From Camelus dromedarius (lineage: Eukaryota): 64,000 nt of DNA. Positions 1 to 13,210 of this stretch are shown here, piece by piece. How positions within the stretch are numbered: the stretch's first letter is position 1; the number at the start of each line of letters is the position of its first letter. The notes below the pieces were generated by a model. That model searched no databases. It saw only the letters and a list, made by a program, of their open reading frames with translations, and was not told the origin of the DNA. The stretch is from positions 102,674,001 through 102,738,000 of the forward strand of contig NC_087472.1 in the NCBI RefSeq assembly GCF_036321535.1, written 5' to 3'. Position numbers and translations under genes: made by a program.

Positions 1-1209
1 AAGCTGAGGAACGGATCTGGTCATATGTTAATTACTTACTCTTCACTTCAACTTCTTTGATCTAGGAAAGAACCAACAGATTAGGCAAGGTATTGTGTGA
101 TCAACAGAAAGGGATGAGGGTGCCTGGTTTAAGGTTAGTCACAAGACAAAAGGGGCCTCCTGCAGAGAGCTGTTTCCTGCCCAAAGCTGCCTACATGGTG
201 GTAGTTACAGTATCTGTAAAATAACTCAGCTTAATCACCAACTGCTTGACCCTGCTCTTTTGTGACTCACTCGGGGAGGCCTTGGAGACTTTAGCTTTTC
301 TATAAACAAAAGGCAGGGGATGGTGGGAGGCAGGGGTGGAGGTGCACAAGGTCCTGTTTGGCTGCAATTTAAATGCTTTTATGAAGATAATTTTGGAAAT
401 AAGTTCTGCCAATATGATTATCATTTATTAAGGCAGAAATGCATGAAAGCAGGTGCTATCAAATATTTTATCACTTAGGATGTAGATTAATATGTGTTCA
501 CAAATGTATTAACAGGAAGGATGGTGAAGCTACAGATGCAGATAATCTATCTATCATCTATCTACAGATACAGTTACAGGGAGAGGGAGCCCAGTTCAGG
601 ACTACGAAACAGTGAGAAACATTGAGCGCCATTTGCTGACTCACTTGTAAAATGAGAATGGAAATTCTGTCAAAGATGGTAGGGAATAGATATGATTGCA
701 ATGATTGCAAGACATTTGCAAAATACAAATAGATTTTGTGACATTATCTTTGCAGTAGCAGGCAGTTTCAAACTTCATTCTGCTTTGAAGTTGTAGATAA
801 GTAATTAAACAGCACGAGACTTCAGCACTTTGTAATTGTGTGTAAAATTTGTTCCAGAAGTTCAGGAAGGCTGAGACATAGGGCCGTGCCTTTGCCAATT
901 GTTTTCAAATGGGCGGTCAGGGTGTCTGGGCGCTCAAATGAATGCTCAAAAGTAGTAAGACAGGAGAGTCGATTTGAATCACACATTCTCTTCAGAGACA
1001 AACTTCTTCAATCTCTAAACAAGTTAAATCACTACTTCTTAAAATGAATTACCCTTTCTGCTGGTAATTGAAGGGACTTTTCAGCATTTAACCAGCATCC
1101 ATAATGTGCATTTGGCAGTGAGCTTATACTTTATGGTTTATTCTTCAGAAAGCTTTCATTCAGCCTGTTTTGAGGTTCTAATGACTACTGTGACTATGTC
1201 TAATTAGTT

Positions 1210-1567
1210 TGTGGCAGACTTCAGTGGGCTATTCACCATGCTTGTTTTCTTTCCTTCTAGACACACAGCTGGACTACATTTCCCAGCTTCCCTTGCAGTT
1301 AAGGACAGTCAGGTGTCTGAGCACTGGCCTGTGAGGTATAGGTGGAAGCTCTGTGGATCTTTCAGGTTTGATACATTACAACCTCCCCTGTGATCCTCTG
1401 CTCTAAGGTGGCAAAATCTTGTCAGCCTTAGTCTCTGGGATATTCTGTGGAGCAGGTTACTATTGCAGTAACCAGTTACCAGCTCCAGTCTCCAGCTGAC
1501 AGGGCTTTATTTGAGAGAGTAATCAGCTTTGAGATTTCTAGGCAGCTAGCATTACCATAATTCACAT
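1210..1567 (+). mobile_element. ERVL-MaLR solo LTR (MLT1H/I-like)
   Basis: Starts TGTGGCAGAC and contains the MLT1 hallmark 'actacatttcccagcttcccttgcagttaagg'; 3' end degenerate. Confidence 0.7.
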
Positions 1568-2271
1568 AGAGGATGGAGAATGGAAGAGTAGAAGCAACAG
1601 AAATACGGTGCAAACAACAGAAGCAGAAATTTCGATGACCATTATGTTTGTAAAAATAGAAATGACAGGAGTGGGATTGACCCCTCCCACTGTAGTGATC
1701 TGAGCCAGTTCATTTTCAAAACATTACGCAGCAGCTGCCCACAAGCTGGGAAATAATTGAAGTGGGGCCTCAGTAAGAACCAACAAAAATAATAACCAAA
1801 ATGAATGTAAAAAATTTCAGTTCAGAAAAAAATTCATGAAAAAGGACACTACCCTGTTTATAATTCAAAGACAAAAAGATCCTGGTGGGTGTGGCCATTT
1901 GGGAAAGAGGCGCTGTCCTTAGCAATCATTACAGGAGCCCTCAGGAACTCTGGAGTGAAGAAGCCTCCTTCAGCATCATTAAGATGGAATGTAGTGAGAA
2001 GGAATGAGAAATACAATCAACAGGACGGTGTGATATCAAGTCCTGTTCCCCAAAGCTATCAGGCAAGAAAGAGGGAAAAAAAAGATCTTTTTTGCTGAGT
2101 AAAATTGAGCATCTCTTCAGCCCCTCTTATGATAACATCAAAGATTCTCTTATTTTAATACAATTGAATTAGATAGCCCTGTGGAAACATAAATTGTACA
2201 GTTATAACTAGGGTAATCATGTTACTTTAGTCCAAACCAGGACACTTTCAAAGTGGAAGGGGGAAGGTCTG

Positions 2272-2322
2272 AAATAAATATTTATTTATTGACCAACAAA
2301 ATAAGTATTTATTTATTGACCA
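2272..2322. repeat. 26-bp tandem duplication
   Basis: aaataa(a/g)tatttatttattgacca occurs at 2272 and 2298. Confidence 0.9.
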
Positions 2323-3319
2323 CTGATTTGGTTTTATTATACTGATGGATCTAAAAATAGTTTTACTAGAAGTAAAATCTTTCAAAAGTAAAACTAATAT
2401 ATCTATATACATTACAGCAAAATGAAAACATTTTGACATTGATAATTTTGACAATTTTGACATTAAAAAAATAACAGAAGCAGAGCAATTCTTGTCTATA
2501 CACATTTTAAAAAGTTGAGGTATATTACTTTCAGGTGTATAACATGATTCAGTATTTGTAATTTATACATTTTAAGTTTCTTAGCTGCATCTCTTCTTTA
2601 AGACTGTGTCACTGATGTTTATCTAAAGAATGTATTTTAATAGGGTTTTGGTCAAAATGAATGGCCTTGTCGCACAGAGTTCTGGGTCTTCAGACCTCTG
2701 TCAGCTGCTTGTGTTAAATTATTATCTTCAGCAACTGGGTTTGGAAAATGGCAAATTTTCAAGGAGATGCTGATTCCTCTTTAGTAGGTGTGGTCTTTGG
2801 GTTTTCAGGTGGAAAATGATATTAAAAGGACCCTCATTGTAGATGGTAAATGTTAACAAATACTTTGTGCAAATCAATACCTTTCTTGAGGGAAGGAAAT
2901 TCAGGGTTTAATTTTCATTAAACACACTTTTTGTGAGCTCACTGCTACAAAATAAAAAAAAAAAAGCTTTGCCAAACAATGAAATAAAGAAATGATTGAA
3001 ATCTACCCCATACCATAAAAAGCACTGTTAAAAGAGCATTTGGATGACTCTCCACATATTCTACAGAAGGATTATTGCCCAGCCTTGATTTCCTACACAG
3101 ATTTTGCATAGTCGTAACCTAAATTGCCTTGCGTTCCCACCAGCACCCCTAACAAGTGACCTGCCTTGTTTGTGTCTTTCTCAGGCTGTAACAGACCAGG
3201 TACTACCAGGTAGCTCATCACGTGACTAGGTGTCAGCAGCATCAAATATTTGTCCTCCAACCACCCCGTTCTAGAAGGGGTTAACTGTCTGAGGGAGATT
3301 AAGAAGAAGGCCATATCTT

Positions 3320-3450
3320 TGCACTTCTTCCATCAAGAGGCTGAGCCTGGCCCAAGTTGCTGACACACAGACTCATGAGCAAACAACATGGTTGTGTTAA
3401 GCCCCTAAGTTTTGGGGTGGTTTGTTAGGCAGTTATTGATAACTGATTCC
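3320..3450 (+). mobile_element. MLT1 LTR 3' fragment
   Basis: 'ggttgtgttaagcccctaagttttggggtggtttgttaggcagttattgataactga' is a typical MLT1 terminus. Confidence 0.65.
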
Positions 3451-3742
3451 CTGTCCTTAGATGGTCTAGTTCTGAGAGCACTTCATTTTATCAGGTAGTG
3501 CTCTGCGTGTTATCCTTGAAAGGGTGGTGGTGAGAAATCTGTGTCCGGAAAAGATTGGAAAAGAAGCAATTGGTTATTAGTAACCATGTTTAATATTTAG
3601 TTACTTGTAGAAGGGTGAATTCAATTCGCTGCCGTTGGGTCTCCCATGCTACTGTGGCAGACCATCGCGGAAGCTGAAATTACAAGATAGAAGTCTATTA
3701 AATTTATTTAGGTTATATAAATACATCTTTTAATAGTATTAC

Positions 3743-4240
3743 TTCCAAAATAGTCAAACTCATAGAAGCAGAGGGTAGAATGGTGGTTGCCACGGATGAG
3801 AGGAAGGAGAAATGGGGTGATACTGGTCAAAGGGTACAAAATTTCAGTTATGAAAGGTGGATAAATTCTAGAGGTCTAACGTATAGAATGGTGAGAATTG
3901 TTAACAATACTGCATTGTATACTTGAAATTTGCTAAAAGAATAGATCTTAAATCTCTTGGTATTAACAGGTACACACTGCTATATATAAAATAGATGAAC
4001 AACAAGGACCTACTGTAGAGCACAGGGAACTATATTCAATATCTTGTAATAACCTATAATGGAAAATGATCTGAAAAAGTGTGTATGTATATATATATAT
4101 AACGGAATCACTTTGCTGTACACCTGAAACTAACACAACATTGTAAGTTAACTATATTTCAATAAAAATAGAAAAAAAATCTCAACACACTCACACAATG
4201 GTAACTAGGCAGAGATGATGGATATGTTAATCAACTTGAA
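3743..4240 (+). mobile_element. Old L1 (L1MA9-like) 3' UTR fragment, interrupted by a younger L1
   Basis: 'gtcaaactcatagaagcagagggtagaatggtggttgcc...ttgctaaaagaatagatcttaaat', resuming at 'cacacaatggtaact...gatggatatgttaat'. Confidence 0.8.
3957..4176 (+). mobile_element. Artiodactyl L1 3' UTR fragment nested in the older L1
   Basis: 'agcacagggaactatattcaatatcttgtaataacc...tcaataaaaa' with A-tail; TSD aaatctc at 3950-3956 and 4177-4183. Confidence 0.85.
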
Positions 4241-4430
4241 TAAGTACTGTTATTTTAGGTCTAACCCACCATCAGCTGGAGATACATCCTGGGTGACGTT
4301 GCCTGTGGTGGTGGTGGTGATGGATTTGAAACATACCATGAGAAGCTAGAAGCCTTGAATAAAATTGTAAGTAGTTTCAAAACATTAAAACATCAAATAG
4401 ATTTTTTTTTTAAAAAGAGAGTGAATGGTC

Positions 4431-4542
4431 CACAAGGAATATAGTCAATATTTTATAATAACTTTGTATATAGTATTATCTACATTGTATACCTGAAACT
4501 AATATAATATTGAAGTCAGCTGTCCTTCAATAAAAAAAAAAA
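4431..4542 (+). mobile_element. Very short 5'-truncated L1 3' end
   Basis: L1 terminus with AATAAA and poly(A), flanked by TSD gaatggtc (4423-4430, 4543-4550). Confidence 0.85.
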
Positions 4543-4619
4543 GAATGGTCACCTTAGGCATTTAAAGCATCATTAAGGGGAGAATTTCAGGCTCTTTGTG
4601 GGCAGGAGGCAATCAAATA

Positions 4620-4900
4620 TAGGTTGTAGAGAGTAGGCTCTTGCATCAGCTGCGATGGATTTGAATTCTGATGAATTTACCACTTAGTAGTTGGGATTTG
4701 GGGCACATCATTTAACTCCATATGCCCCTCAACTGTATCATGGGAAAAATACCTCTGTCACAGAGTCCATCTAAGAATTAAATGCATTAGATAGATATAT
4801 ATTATATATAATATATATATATATATTATATATAATATAAAATACATTGAAAACAGTGCCTGGTCAATAGCAAGTACTCAATGCGTGTTGTTTATCATGG
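4620..4900 (+). mobile_element. MIR SINE with internal (TA)n expansion
   Basis: MIR core and tail ('aacagtgcctggtcaatagcaagtactcaat'); TA-rich tract at 4790-4845. Confidence 0.7.
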
Positions 4901-5109
4901 TCCTCAGGCTTTTGAGGTAATTGTTAGTGAATACAGTCTGTGACAACCCTGGACTAGAAGAACCACAGGTCACACTCAGTATAACATTTCTTGCAGCTTA
5001 CGTGTTTTATTTTCTTAGGGTGTATGATACATTAAGCAGTGATGATGGACACTAACACTGCTATTAATGCTGGGTTAGTAGATCATACACATGGACACAT
5101 TTGGTGACA

Positions 5110-5560
5110 ATAGCCATCCAAACAAAGAAGGTATAACCCCTAGTTAGGGGCACAGCCACTGTGGCTCAAATAGTTCTGTCGTATTTTTCACATAACAAAG
5201 AATCCGGAGTTGAACCGTCTAGGGTTGGTGTCTCCACAATGACTCTGAGGCTGCAGGCTGTCTCTTTCCTCAGTCATCCTCAGTGTGCAATTGCTGCTCA
5301 GGCTGTGGTCGGCTGCTTCTCCAGCAGGGTGCCCACATGGCAGGCAGAGCAGAAGCATACACGGTGGAGGATGCCCTCTCTGAGTCTGCGCTGGTGCGGG
5401 AGCTCCCTTAGAAGCCCCACACAGCTTCTTCCTACACTTCATTGGTCTTAACTGGGTCATCTGGTTCTCCCATCTGCAAGTGAGGCTGGGGAATGAAGTT
5501 TTCAGCTGGGCATATTGCCTCTTCCAGCAAAAGCAGAATTTTGTTAGGAAGGAAAAAGGA
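5110..5560 (-). mobile_element. ERVL-MaLR LTR (MLT1J/K-like)
   Basis: 'cattggtcttaactgggtcatctgg...atctgcaagtgaggctggggaatgaagttttcagctgggcatattgcc'. Confidence 0.65.
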
Positions 5561-6356
5561 GGAAAGAGCTATGGGCTTGTTCAAGGTAGAATTCTGTTTT
5601 CTGCCTTTAGGTCTCACTTGCTATTTATTGCACATGATCCTGTGGAACTGGCATTACAAAGTGGGTGTCTATTCAACCCGCCCCAGCTGACTCTGCTCCA
5701 CATCCTGTTTTTTCATCTTCCATGCAGTGGTCATGAAGTCACACAGATACATTCATTAAGGGACTGGAAGAATTTATAAGCACCTGGGAGACCCATCTCA
5801 AAATGTTTCTTTGAAAGACCATTTAGCCAATTCAAGAGATTGCTTTGTGAACAACAATGTCTCTTTAGAGGAATATGGGGAAAGTCAAGCCATAATGCTT
5901 TGTTTTGGAGAATTTGTATCATCCTGTCCCTGGATACATTTTAACAACCACAGGCAGGAAATAAAAGCACGATTTTTCTTGTTCTCAGAGCATTGTAAGA
6001 ACAATAATATCTCTGAGACCAGGTTTGGGTTGGTTTTCTCAGCAACTGTTAGCAAAAGCCTGTTGTGATAATATGTAAACCTCTGAGAAAAATGATGATG
6101 AAACACAGCAGGGTGATTTCCTGTGTTGGAAATCTACCCCCCACCCCCACTTCCAAGTAAAAGCTAGTGACAGAATATCTCCCTCCCCTTCATTTGGGTA
6201 GCACTTTGTCCCTCTGTTCTTTTGTTTCATAGTTACTTTGTCTTCTATTTAGCTACTTTTGGATCTATTCCTTCTCCATTTCTCCCTCCTTGACACTGAA
6301 ATACATTAAAGGTAGAGACTAAGACAGATCTTTCTCTCCTTCATGGCTTCTACACC

Positions 6357-6683
6357 AGCACTGCCCAGTTGACACAGAATGAATCACTAAGTTTTCTGCA
6401 TGCTAAATATTCTCATAGCTACATAAAAAAAAAAAAAAGTAAGTTAATTTTAACAGTATATTTTATTTAGCCCAATATATTCAAAACATGATCATTTTAA
6501 CATGTAATGACTGTAATACAATTGTTGAGATATTTTACTTTTTTTTTTTTTTTTTTTTTTGGTATTAAATGTTTGAAAGCTAGTGTGTACCTTATACTTA
6601 CTTCACATCTTGTTTTGGAAGAGGCACATTTCAAGTGCCCAGTAGCCACGTGGGACTGATGGTTGCCATATTGGACAGCATAG
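6357..6683. mobile_element. MER33 (hAT-Charlie DNA transposon)
   Basis: Termini cagcactgccca...tggacagcatag; internal 'cacatttcaagtgcccagtagccacgtgg'. Confidence 0.8.
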
Positions 6684-6879
6684 GTCTGGACAATGAGAGT
6701 TCATCATAATCACCAGTACAAATGTTCGTAGGCCCCCAAAGAGGCTGTTAAATGCTAGGATTTTAGGAGATATTTTAGTTACAGATCAATGTGGTTCAAA
6801 AAAATTTGCTCCCTTAATAGAGTGGCCAGCTTTATGCTTCATTAACTGGGTTTAAGAGATGGAGTAGGGAGAAATTTTG

Positions 6880-7270
6880 CTTATCTGAATTCGTACAATA
6901 ACGACCTCAGAGAACACTGAATTGGGTTCTCTCATATTACAGGTGGAGAAAACTAGGATTCAGACTGGTTAAGTGAGTTGTCCAAGGTCACATGTCTACT
7001 CCGTGGCAGAGCAGTACTAGGACCCAGTGATTCATCCAACATTTATCTAACAAAGTTAATCAAGAGCCTTCTCTGTGCAAGGTACTGTGCTAGGTACTTG
7101 GGATATAAAGTTAATAAGACACAGTTCTAGTTTATGGGGAATTTACAGATAAGAGCGGTAGACAAGGAATAGGAATCATGCCATAGAGCCTTCTGGATAT
7201 TTATAAACCTTGCACAGTGGAGCCCAAAAGAGGCGAAGTGGTGTAAGGGATGGGATGTGGGAAGGCTTAT
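6880..7270 (-). mobile_element. MIR fragment followed by L2 3' end
   Basis: 'ggttaagtgagttgtccaaggtcaca' (MIR) and 'tgtgcaaggtactgtgctaggtacttgggata' (L2). Confidence 0.7.
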
Positions 7271-7417
7271 GTGCTGCCCACGTCAGTGCCTCCTAGGTCC
7301 TGAATTCAAAATGGTGGGCAGGGAGGAGCACCTACTACTTGATTAATACACCATTAAATGTGGAATTTCTTTCTTCTTGAATATAGTTAGGCATTTTCCT
7401 TCAGTGTCTTTGGGGCA

Positions 7418-7860
7418 TGTCTTAGCTTGTGTTTCCCCCAAAGCATACCCTAAGACAAGGACTTGGGTACAGATCACTTAATTGGGAGGCAACCCCAGGA
7501 TGCATAAGTGAGGGCATAGGGGATGAGGCAAGGAAGAGAGAAAACCTGAGGAAGGGGAGTTCATGTGTGCATTGCAACTGGGGCTCAATCCTGCTGGGCC
7601 TGTTGGAAGACAATTGTAGAAGACCCCTCAGAGTTGTCCCAGGCTGAAGGGGAAGCTGGGGCATTTAGCCACTGAGTCTTGGGGTGTTGAGTCTGGGCTG
7701 CCTGGTGTACAGGCTAAATGCACTTCCTTGGTAGCAGAGGAACATGGGTGCTTGAGGCAGGGAACTGCCAGGGGGTCCAGGGCCATCCACTGTAGCTGCA
7801 TGTGGACTCCAAAGTGGGCAGAGGTCAAACCGGGCAGGACACCAACAGTGTCTGCCACAG
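7418..7860 (-). mobile_element. LTR16-family ERVL solo LTR
   Basis: 'tgtcttagcttgtgtttcccccaaagcataccctaagacaaggac...tgtctgccaca'. Confidence 0.75.
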
Positions 7861-7889
7861 ATGTCTGACCCTTCATCATTTAGAACCAG

Positions 7890-8330
7890 TGTTATGTCTT
7901 AATGTCTTAAGTAGTAATATTTTCTTCTATTGTATCTTCAAGTTTACTGTTTACCCCCGTCATCCTGGTTCCCCTTTGCGATGCCTATTTGCAGAAGCTT
8001 GCATCTTTGCCCTCATAGCTTTAATCTTCTATCATTTTCATCCTTTTGTTCTTTTCCCTTGTTATCTTTGGAGTGCTGTTCCAGTTGGCCTTACATATGT
8101 TTGATTTGTTTGTTCTCTAATGTAGATTCCACCCTTTTGTTAGCTCTGGTGGACACTTCCGCCTTTGTAGTTTCCTGGGAGTCTTGGCAATCGTTTCCAG
8201 TTCTTACTTTGCCCTTGCCTTCTCAGCGGCTTCTATTTTCATACTGGCCTTTTGTGCTTTCATTTCACCTTTCATTGCCTACTTCATAGAGTTTGTGTTT
8301 TCTTTATTTTTTGAGAGCCCAGTTTTCTTT
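7890..8330 (-). mobile_element. Ancient L1/HAL1 ORF1 remnant
   Basis: Minus strand is A-rich and E/K-rich, ending '...gatacaatagaagaaaat' (ORF1p 'IIEEN'-like); many stops. Confidence 0.45.
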
Positions 8331-8349
8331 GGTCGCAGGTTTCGAGGTT

Positions 8350-8530
8350 TGCCACTCAAACTGTGGTCTCAGCACTGGCAGCATTAACCTCCCCAGGGTG
8401 CTTGTTAGAAATGTAGGTTTTCAGCCTCTGCTCCAGATTTACTGAATTAGAAGCTGCATTTTAACAGGACCCCCCATCCTGCCCCCAGGTGATTTGTTTG
8501 TATGACTAGGTGAGGAAGTGTTGAGAATCA
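8350..8530. mobile_element. MER5-family hAT-Charlie MITE
   Basis: 'ctcaaactgtggtc...cttgttagaaatgtag...actgaattagaagctgcattttaacagga'. Confidence 0.75.
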
Positions 8531-8559
8531 CAGATCCGTGGTTCCCTGGAAGATGGTCC

Positions 8560-8790
8560 GGGGCTATGATTAGGAGCAGAGACTTAATTTTATTTGAATC
8601 TCAGCCTTGCCATCCACCAGTTAGGTGACTTTGTGAGATTTGGCTGTCCTTCCCAGACTTCAGTTTCCTCCCCTCCAGAATGGGAATAATAACTTTTATT
8701 TTATGAAGAGGGTCTGAAAATTAAATTAGATAAGTATGTCAAGTGCCAAGCAGAGTACCTGAACCACCATCATTTGAAACATAGCTGCTA
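8560..8790 (+). mobile_element. MIR SINE
   Basis: 'cttcagtttcctcccctccagaatgggaataata...aaaattaaattagataag'. Confidence 0.7.
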
Positions 8791-8891
8791 TATGATCAAT
8801 TTTTAATGTTCCAAAACATTTTTATTGGTCATTCCATGTTCAATTTTTTTTTTCTTCCTAATTCATCCTTGAAAAAAAGAAACCTAGCTTG

Positions 8892-9439
8892 TGTTGGGGA
8901 GGAAGAAATTTTCCTCTCCCCTTCTAGGTTCTTCTGACTGGTATAAGAATTGACATAAGACAGATGAACAGGAGAAAATCAAAAGTATAATAACATGTAA
9001 TCATGGGAGAGACCCAGGAAAACTGAGTTACTCGCCAAAATGGCTGAAACCCTCACCTTAAATACCACCTTCAGCTACAGACAAAAGAGGACTTCAGGGG
9101 TAGTGGTTTGGGACTTCCAGGTGGGGGAAGGCAATTCACAGGGACATGGAAAAGCAAATGTTTGGTAACCAAATGTTTGCTGGGGCAGGCAGGGACACTG
9201 GGACAGAGAGTGGACTCTGATCTCTTAAGAGTTTCCCCACCACACCCAACTCATATTCTTTGAAGTTACCTCTGATGATAGGTCTATTCCAGAAACAGAC
9301 CCTTTATCTAAATCCCTTAGACAGCTAAGGGGGCAGTAGGAAGACTTCCCCAGTCTTCTGTTTCTTAAAAATAATCAACCTAACTGAATCCTCATGCCAA
9401 AGAGACACATTGTGGGGTGGCAGCTTTTGCTCCCCTACG
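8892..9439 (-). mobile_element. ERV1 solo LTR, MER34-related (copy 1)
   Basis: Minus strand begins 'gtaggggagcaaaagctgccaccccacaatgtgtctctttggcatgaggatt'; homologous to the copies at 10890 and 15564. Confidence 0.8.
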
Positions 9440-10088
9440 CCTCTGATGGTGATGCTACTCCCCCTGGTTATGTTTATGGACCAACAAGGGGTTGTCACAA
9501 TTTGTGACTCAGATTTTAACCTGGGGGTGGGTGGGTTGATGGGTACAGCCCTTAGGCACATTTCTGGTATCTATAATCCTAAGTGCCTCGGGGAATAGTT
9601 TTCTTGCAGAAAAGGTACTGCTCAGAACTGTTATCTCTCAGGTGGAAATGGGTCCTGGGGCCAATTACATCCCACTCCCACCTACTTCCTCTCTGACTCT
9701 GTCCCTTTTCAAAGGACTAGGAAGTGGTCAGTTTTCTAGTCAGACTCATCTACCCTACAGCCCTCAGGATTTCTCCCAGACAGCGGCAGGTCATTGATTA
9801 CTCAGTTTCCAAGGCTTCTGTGAATTAAAATGTCCTGTGCATCAGTGACCTTCTGCAGGAATAATGAAAATGGAAACTCATTGCTAGCTTGCAACCATCA
9901 CACCTGAGGTATTTAACTTTGGGGTCGTGCTGGTCTTTGTAATTTGAGGTTTATACATCCCACACGTTAATACATTATTCATTGGGAAATCCTTAAACTG
10001 CCTTTACTAAGCCAAATTAAAATTTTCATACAACAGGTGATGAATGAGTATTTCAAGCCGTCACATATTGGGGCTACCTGTCATTCAG

Positions 10089-10541
10089 TGTAAGCTAGCA
10101 GGACCCTATGGGGCCTTTCCGGGACAGATCCATATCCTCTGCTTTAGCCCATCTCTGAAGTACCTGGATAATAGTATTTGATGCACAACTCCTGAGTTGT
10201 TTACAGATGCTAAAACCACCACCGTATGTAAGAAATTAACTACTTGACGATCATGAGCCCATCCACTGGGCACCTAAGGATTGATAATGTTAACCCCTGT
10301 AATACTGCCCTGTTACCTCAGCATCAGCCAATCAGAGAATTGTACAAGAGCCGCTCACATACCCTGGGATGCCCCACCCTCATCTGCCTTAAAAAATGCT
10401 TTGCTGAAACCTGTGGGGGAGTCCTGAGCTTCTTGCTTGGTGCCCTGCAGTAAACGCGGCTCTTTCTTTCCCCACAACTCAGTGTCTCTAGCCTGGCTTT
10501 ACTGTGTGTGGGAGAACAGACCCAAGTTTGGTTCTTTGACA
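10089..10541 (+). mobile_element. ERV1-class solo LTR
   Basis: TG...CA ends, CCAAT box (agccaatcag), end 'gacccaagtttggttctttgaca'; near-TSD tcag/tcaa. Confidence 0.8.
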
Positions 10542-10889
10542 TCAACAGTCAGGTTTGGAAGCAGCTCCATCTTTGCACAGCAGTGCTTATATCATTATTG
10601 GATGTTTTATTACATTATGTATTTATTATTTTATAAAAAAGTCTGTGAGAGAAGTCTAGATCTCAAACTCAGTATAGATCCTTAAGCATACTGAAAGCTG
10701 ATAATCTGTAACTTTATTTGGATGCTCATCGGACTTAGACATGGAGACTATGTTAATTGTGGGGAAAATGAATAAAATAATAAATACCTCCAAAATGCTG
10801 AAAATATATTGTTGAAGAATGTGTCAAAATGATCAATGTATTTTGAGTTTTCCTAATTTTTTTTTATATCTCTGGGAATTACATCGTCT

Positions 10890-11410
10890 TGTAGAGGAGG
10901 AAAAATAGTAATTTTCCCTTCATTCTTCTAGGTTCTTGGCTGAGACACCCCCCTCCCCCCCAGGAATAAAAGACAGATTAATTGGAAAAAAACAAACAAG
11001 TTTAATATCATGTATGCCTCGTGTGTCCCTGAGAGAGACCCAGGAAAACTGAGCAACTCTCCAAAATGGCCCAAGCCACTATCTTCAATACCATCTCCAG
11101 GGTAAGTGGAGAACCAGGTTTTCAAGGCAAAGCACAGTAAACAAAGGTAAGGGTGTTATGCAGATTTAAGTCCAAGCCTTCTCCATTGATAAGAGTTTCT
11201 AAAAATCTAGTCAGTACTAAGAGAGAGATACCCTTACATATGGAGATTTCCCTTATAACTGTTAATTGTTCTTATAAAAGAGCAACTTATGCTTGGTTTT
11301 CAAAGTTTCTCCCAAGTCTGCTGTGTTTTGTTTTTTTTTAAATAACCTGCTTAAAATAATCCTTATTCCCTAAGAGGCATCTTTTTGGTGGAAAATTTTG
11401 TTCCACTTTA
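10890..11410 (-). mobile_element. ERV1 solo LTR, MER34-related (copy 2)
   Basis: Shares 'ttctaggttctt' and 'gagagacccaggaaaactgag...ccaaaatggc' with the 8892-9439 copy. Confidence 0.8.
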
Positions 11411-11625
11411 CTCTTTTGTAATCTTACTGTTTGACTTTCTCACATTGGAATTTGTATACATTGTTAGGAAGATATTTTGTATTAAACTGTGGGGCTATTA
11501 GGCTATTATAGTTATGATGGAAGCATAATTATGATTGATTTCCTATTTTTCTCTATGTCTAAAAATTCAAAGGATAGCAATTCCTATTAATTAATAATCC
11601 TGTTATTTTTTTCTTCATAAATACG

Positions 11626-11831
11626 TGTTAAAAACAAACAATGAGCCCCAAACTGGAGACACTTGTGCTAAGCCCCATCAAGTCGTAATACCTAAGCTAA
11701 CTGCAGTTTCACCCTCTCCCAGTAGTGGCACTTTAAACCAATCAGTCTGGAATTTCTTAGTCAGCCCTAGTGAGAAATGAATAAAGCCAATTAGATCTTC
11801 AAATTTACTCAGCTAAAATTTTTTTTTAATA
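11626..11831 (+). mobile_element. Internally deleted ERV1-class LTR
   Basis: Starts tgttaaaaacaaac, has a CCAAT box and 'aataaagccaattagatct', ends ttttaata; only ~200 bp long. Confidence 0.6.
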
Positions 11832-12810
11832 TATATCAGGTGGATTGAATAATTTTTCTAGGCTATTGTCGGCACTGGAAAAATGACTGAGGTCTATAGG
11901 TATCATTCCCAGGGTATTATTATTAACCTCATAGCATTCAGGGAGCTACTAAAATAGTTCTTTGGTTACCTAGAGGCTAATTGATTGTTGAATAGCTTTT
12001 ACAACACCACAGCTTGTATTTTTCTGTTCCACTTGGGTAAGTTATTTTCAGGTCTCAATTCCTGGCTGGAGAGTGTTTATTTTAGGGGAAAAGTGTTATT
12101 TTATTAGCTTTGATCCTAAATCTAAGTCTCTTACTTAGAACCTATGAAAGTTCCTGGTTTCCAAGAATATTTTTATGTTTAAATGTGATCTAAAGAATCC
12201 TGTTCATACAGTTTGGGATTACATGTGTAATGAGACAGATGGGGTTTTTGCCATAAACCTGCTGTGTGATGTTAGGAGGTCTACTGAATCTATGGGAGTC
12301 CTCATATGTAAAGAGGAACCTAATAGGGTTAATTAGGCATTAATCTGACAGGGTAATGATTGAACTAAACCAGTTGCACCTGGTCTATGATACTTTTTAG
12401 CAGGTCTTAGTATTCATAAAGTACTGACACATTTATTCATAAACTTCAGTATCATTAATAACTTTATTCTCAGAAAGCACATTTGATGTATTTAATGACT
12501 GAATTCAGTGATAGGATGTAGATGATAGACTGGTGGGTATAAGTGGGTTCTGTGAAAAGCCTACTTCTATGTCAGGCTCTGAAGGACGCACAATACTTTA
12601 AATGTTTTTCTGCACTATATTTTCTTCAAAATAGGTGAATCATTTTTAACATTTTAGCCTTTGGCTATTCTATGAATGCTCTCCAAGCGATTAAATAGAA
12701 GCTTAGAAATACATACTATAGTAATTTTAGTTCCTATATTTATACTTTTGCTACATTTATACTTACCTGGGAATGCTGGAATGACCCTTTGAAAATCTTT
12801 GTGGATCGTT

Positions 12811-13210
12811 TGTTGGGAGGAAATTCTCCATTGGGGTCTCGCATTTCTGCACACCTGAGCAAAGGCATCAGCAGATCTGCATTCCATACAGTCTTGCAAA
12901 GGATGCTTGTATGATAAAAAGACTTAACAAAGTAGAGATAGTGTCTTCCTCCAAAGCAGAGGGCAGACCTGCTTGCTTACAGGATAGAAATGAAATTCGT
13001 CTCTCTCCAGGGCAGATTTAGTAGCAGCCCCCTCATCAAAGATTGGCATTTCCAAGGCTCAGAGTTGCTCACTGTACGTTCAGGCATCACCTGGCCCTCA
13101 CAGCATCACCCTGTGGGTGGAACTGGGGCTTGGGGAACCAGCACAACTGATCTTAATCTGACTCCTGCTATTGTTGTCCTTTGTCTTTGGTCTCTGATCC
13201 GAGAGTCCAA
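12811..13210 (+). mobile_element. MER76-like ERVL LTR
   Basis: 'tgttgggaggaaattctccattgggg...tttctgcac...agagatagtgtcttcctccaaagcagagggcag'. Confidence 0.7.

Noticed and set aside
7802..8387. Hydrophobic membrane-protein-like ORFs on the + strand
   Set aside because: They are antisense to an A-rich L1/HAL1 remnant; T-richness yields F/L-rich frames.
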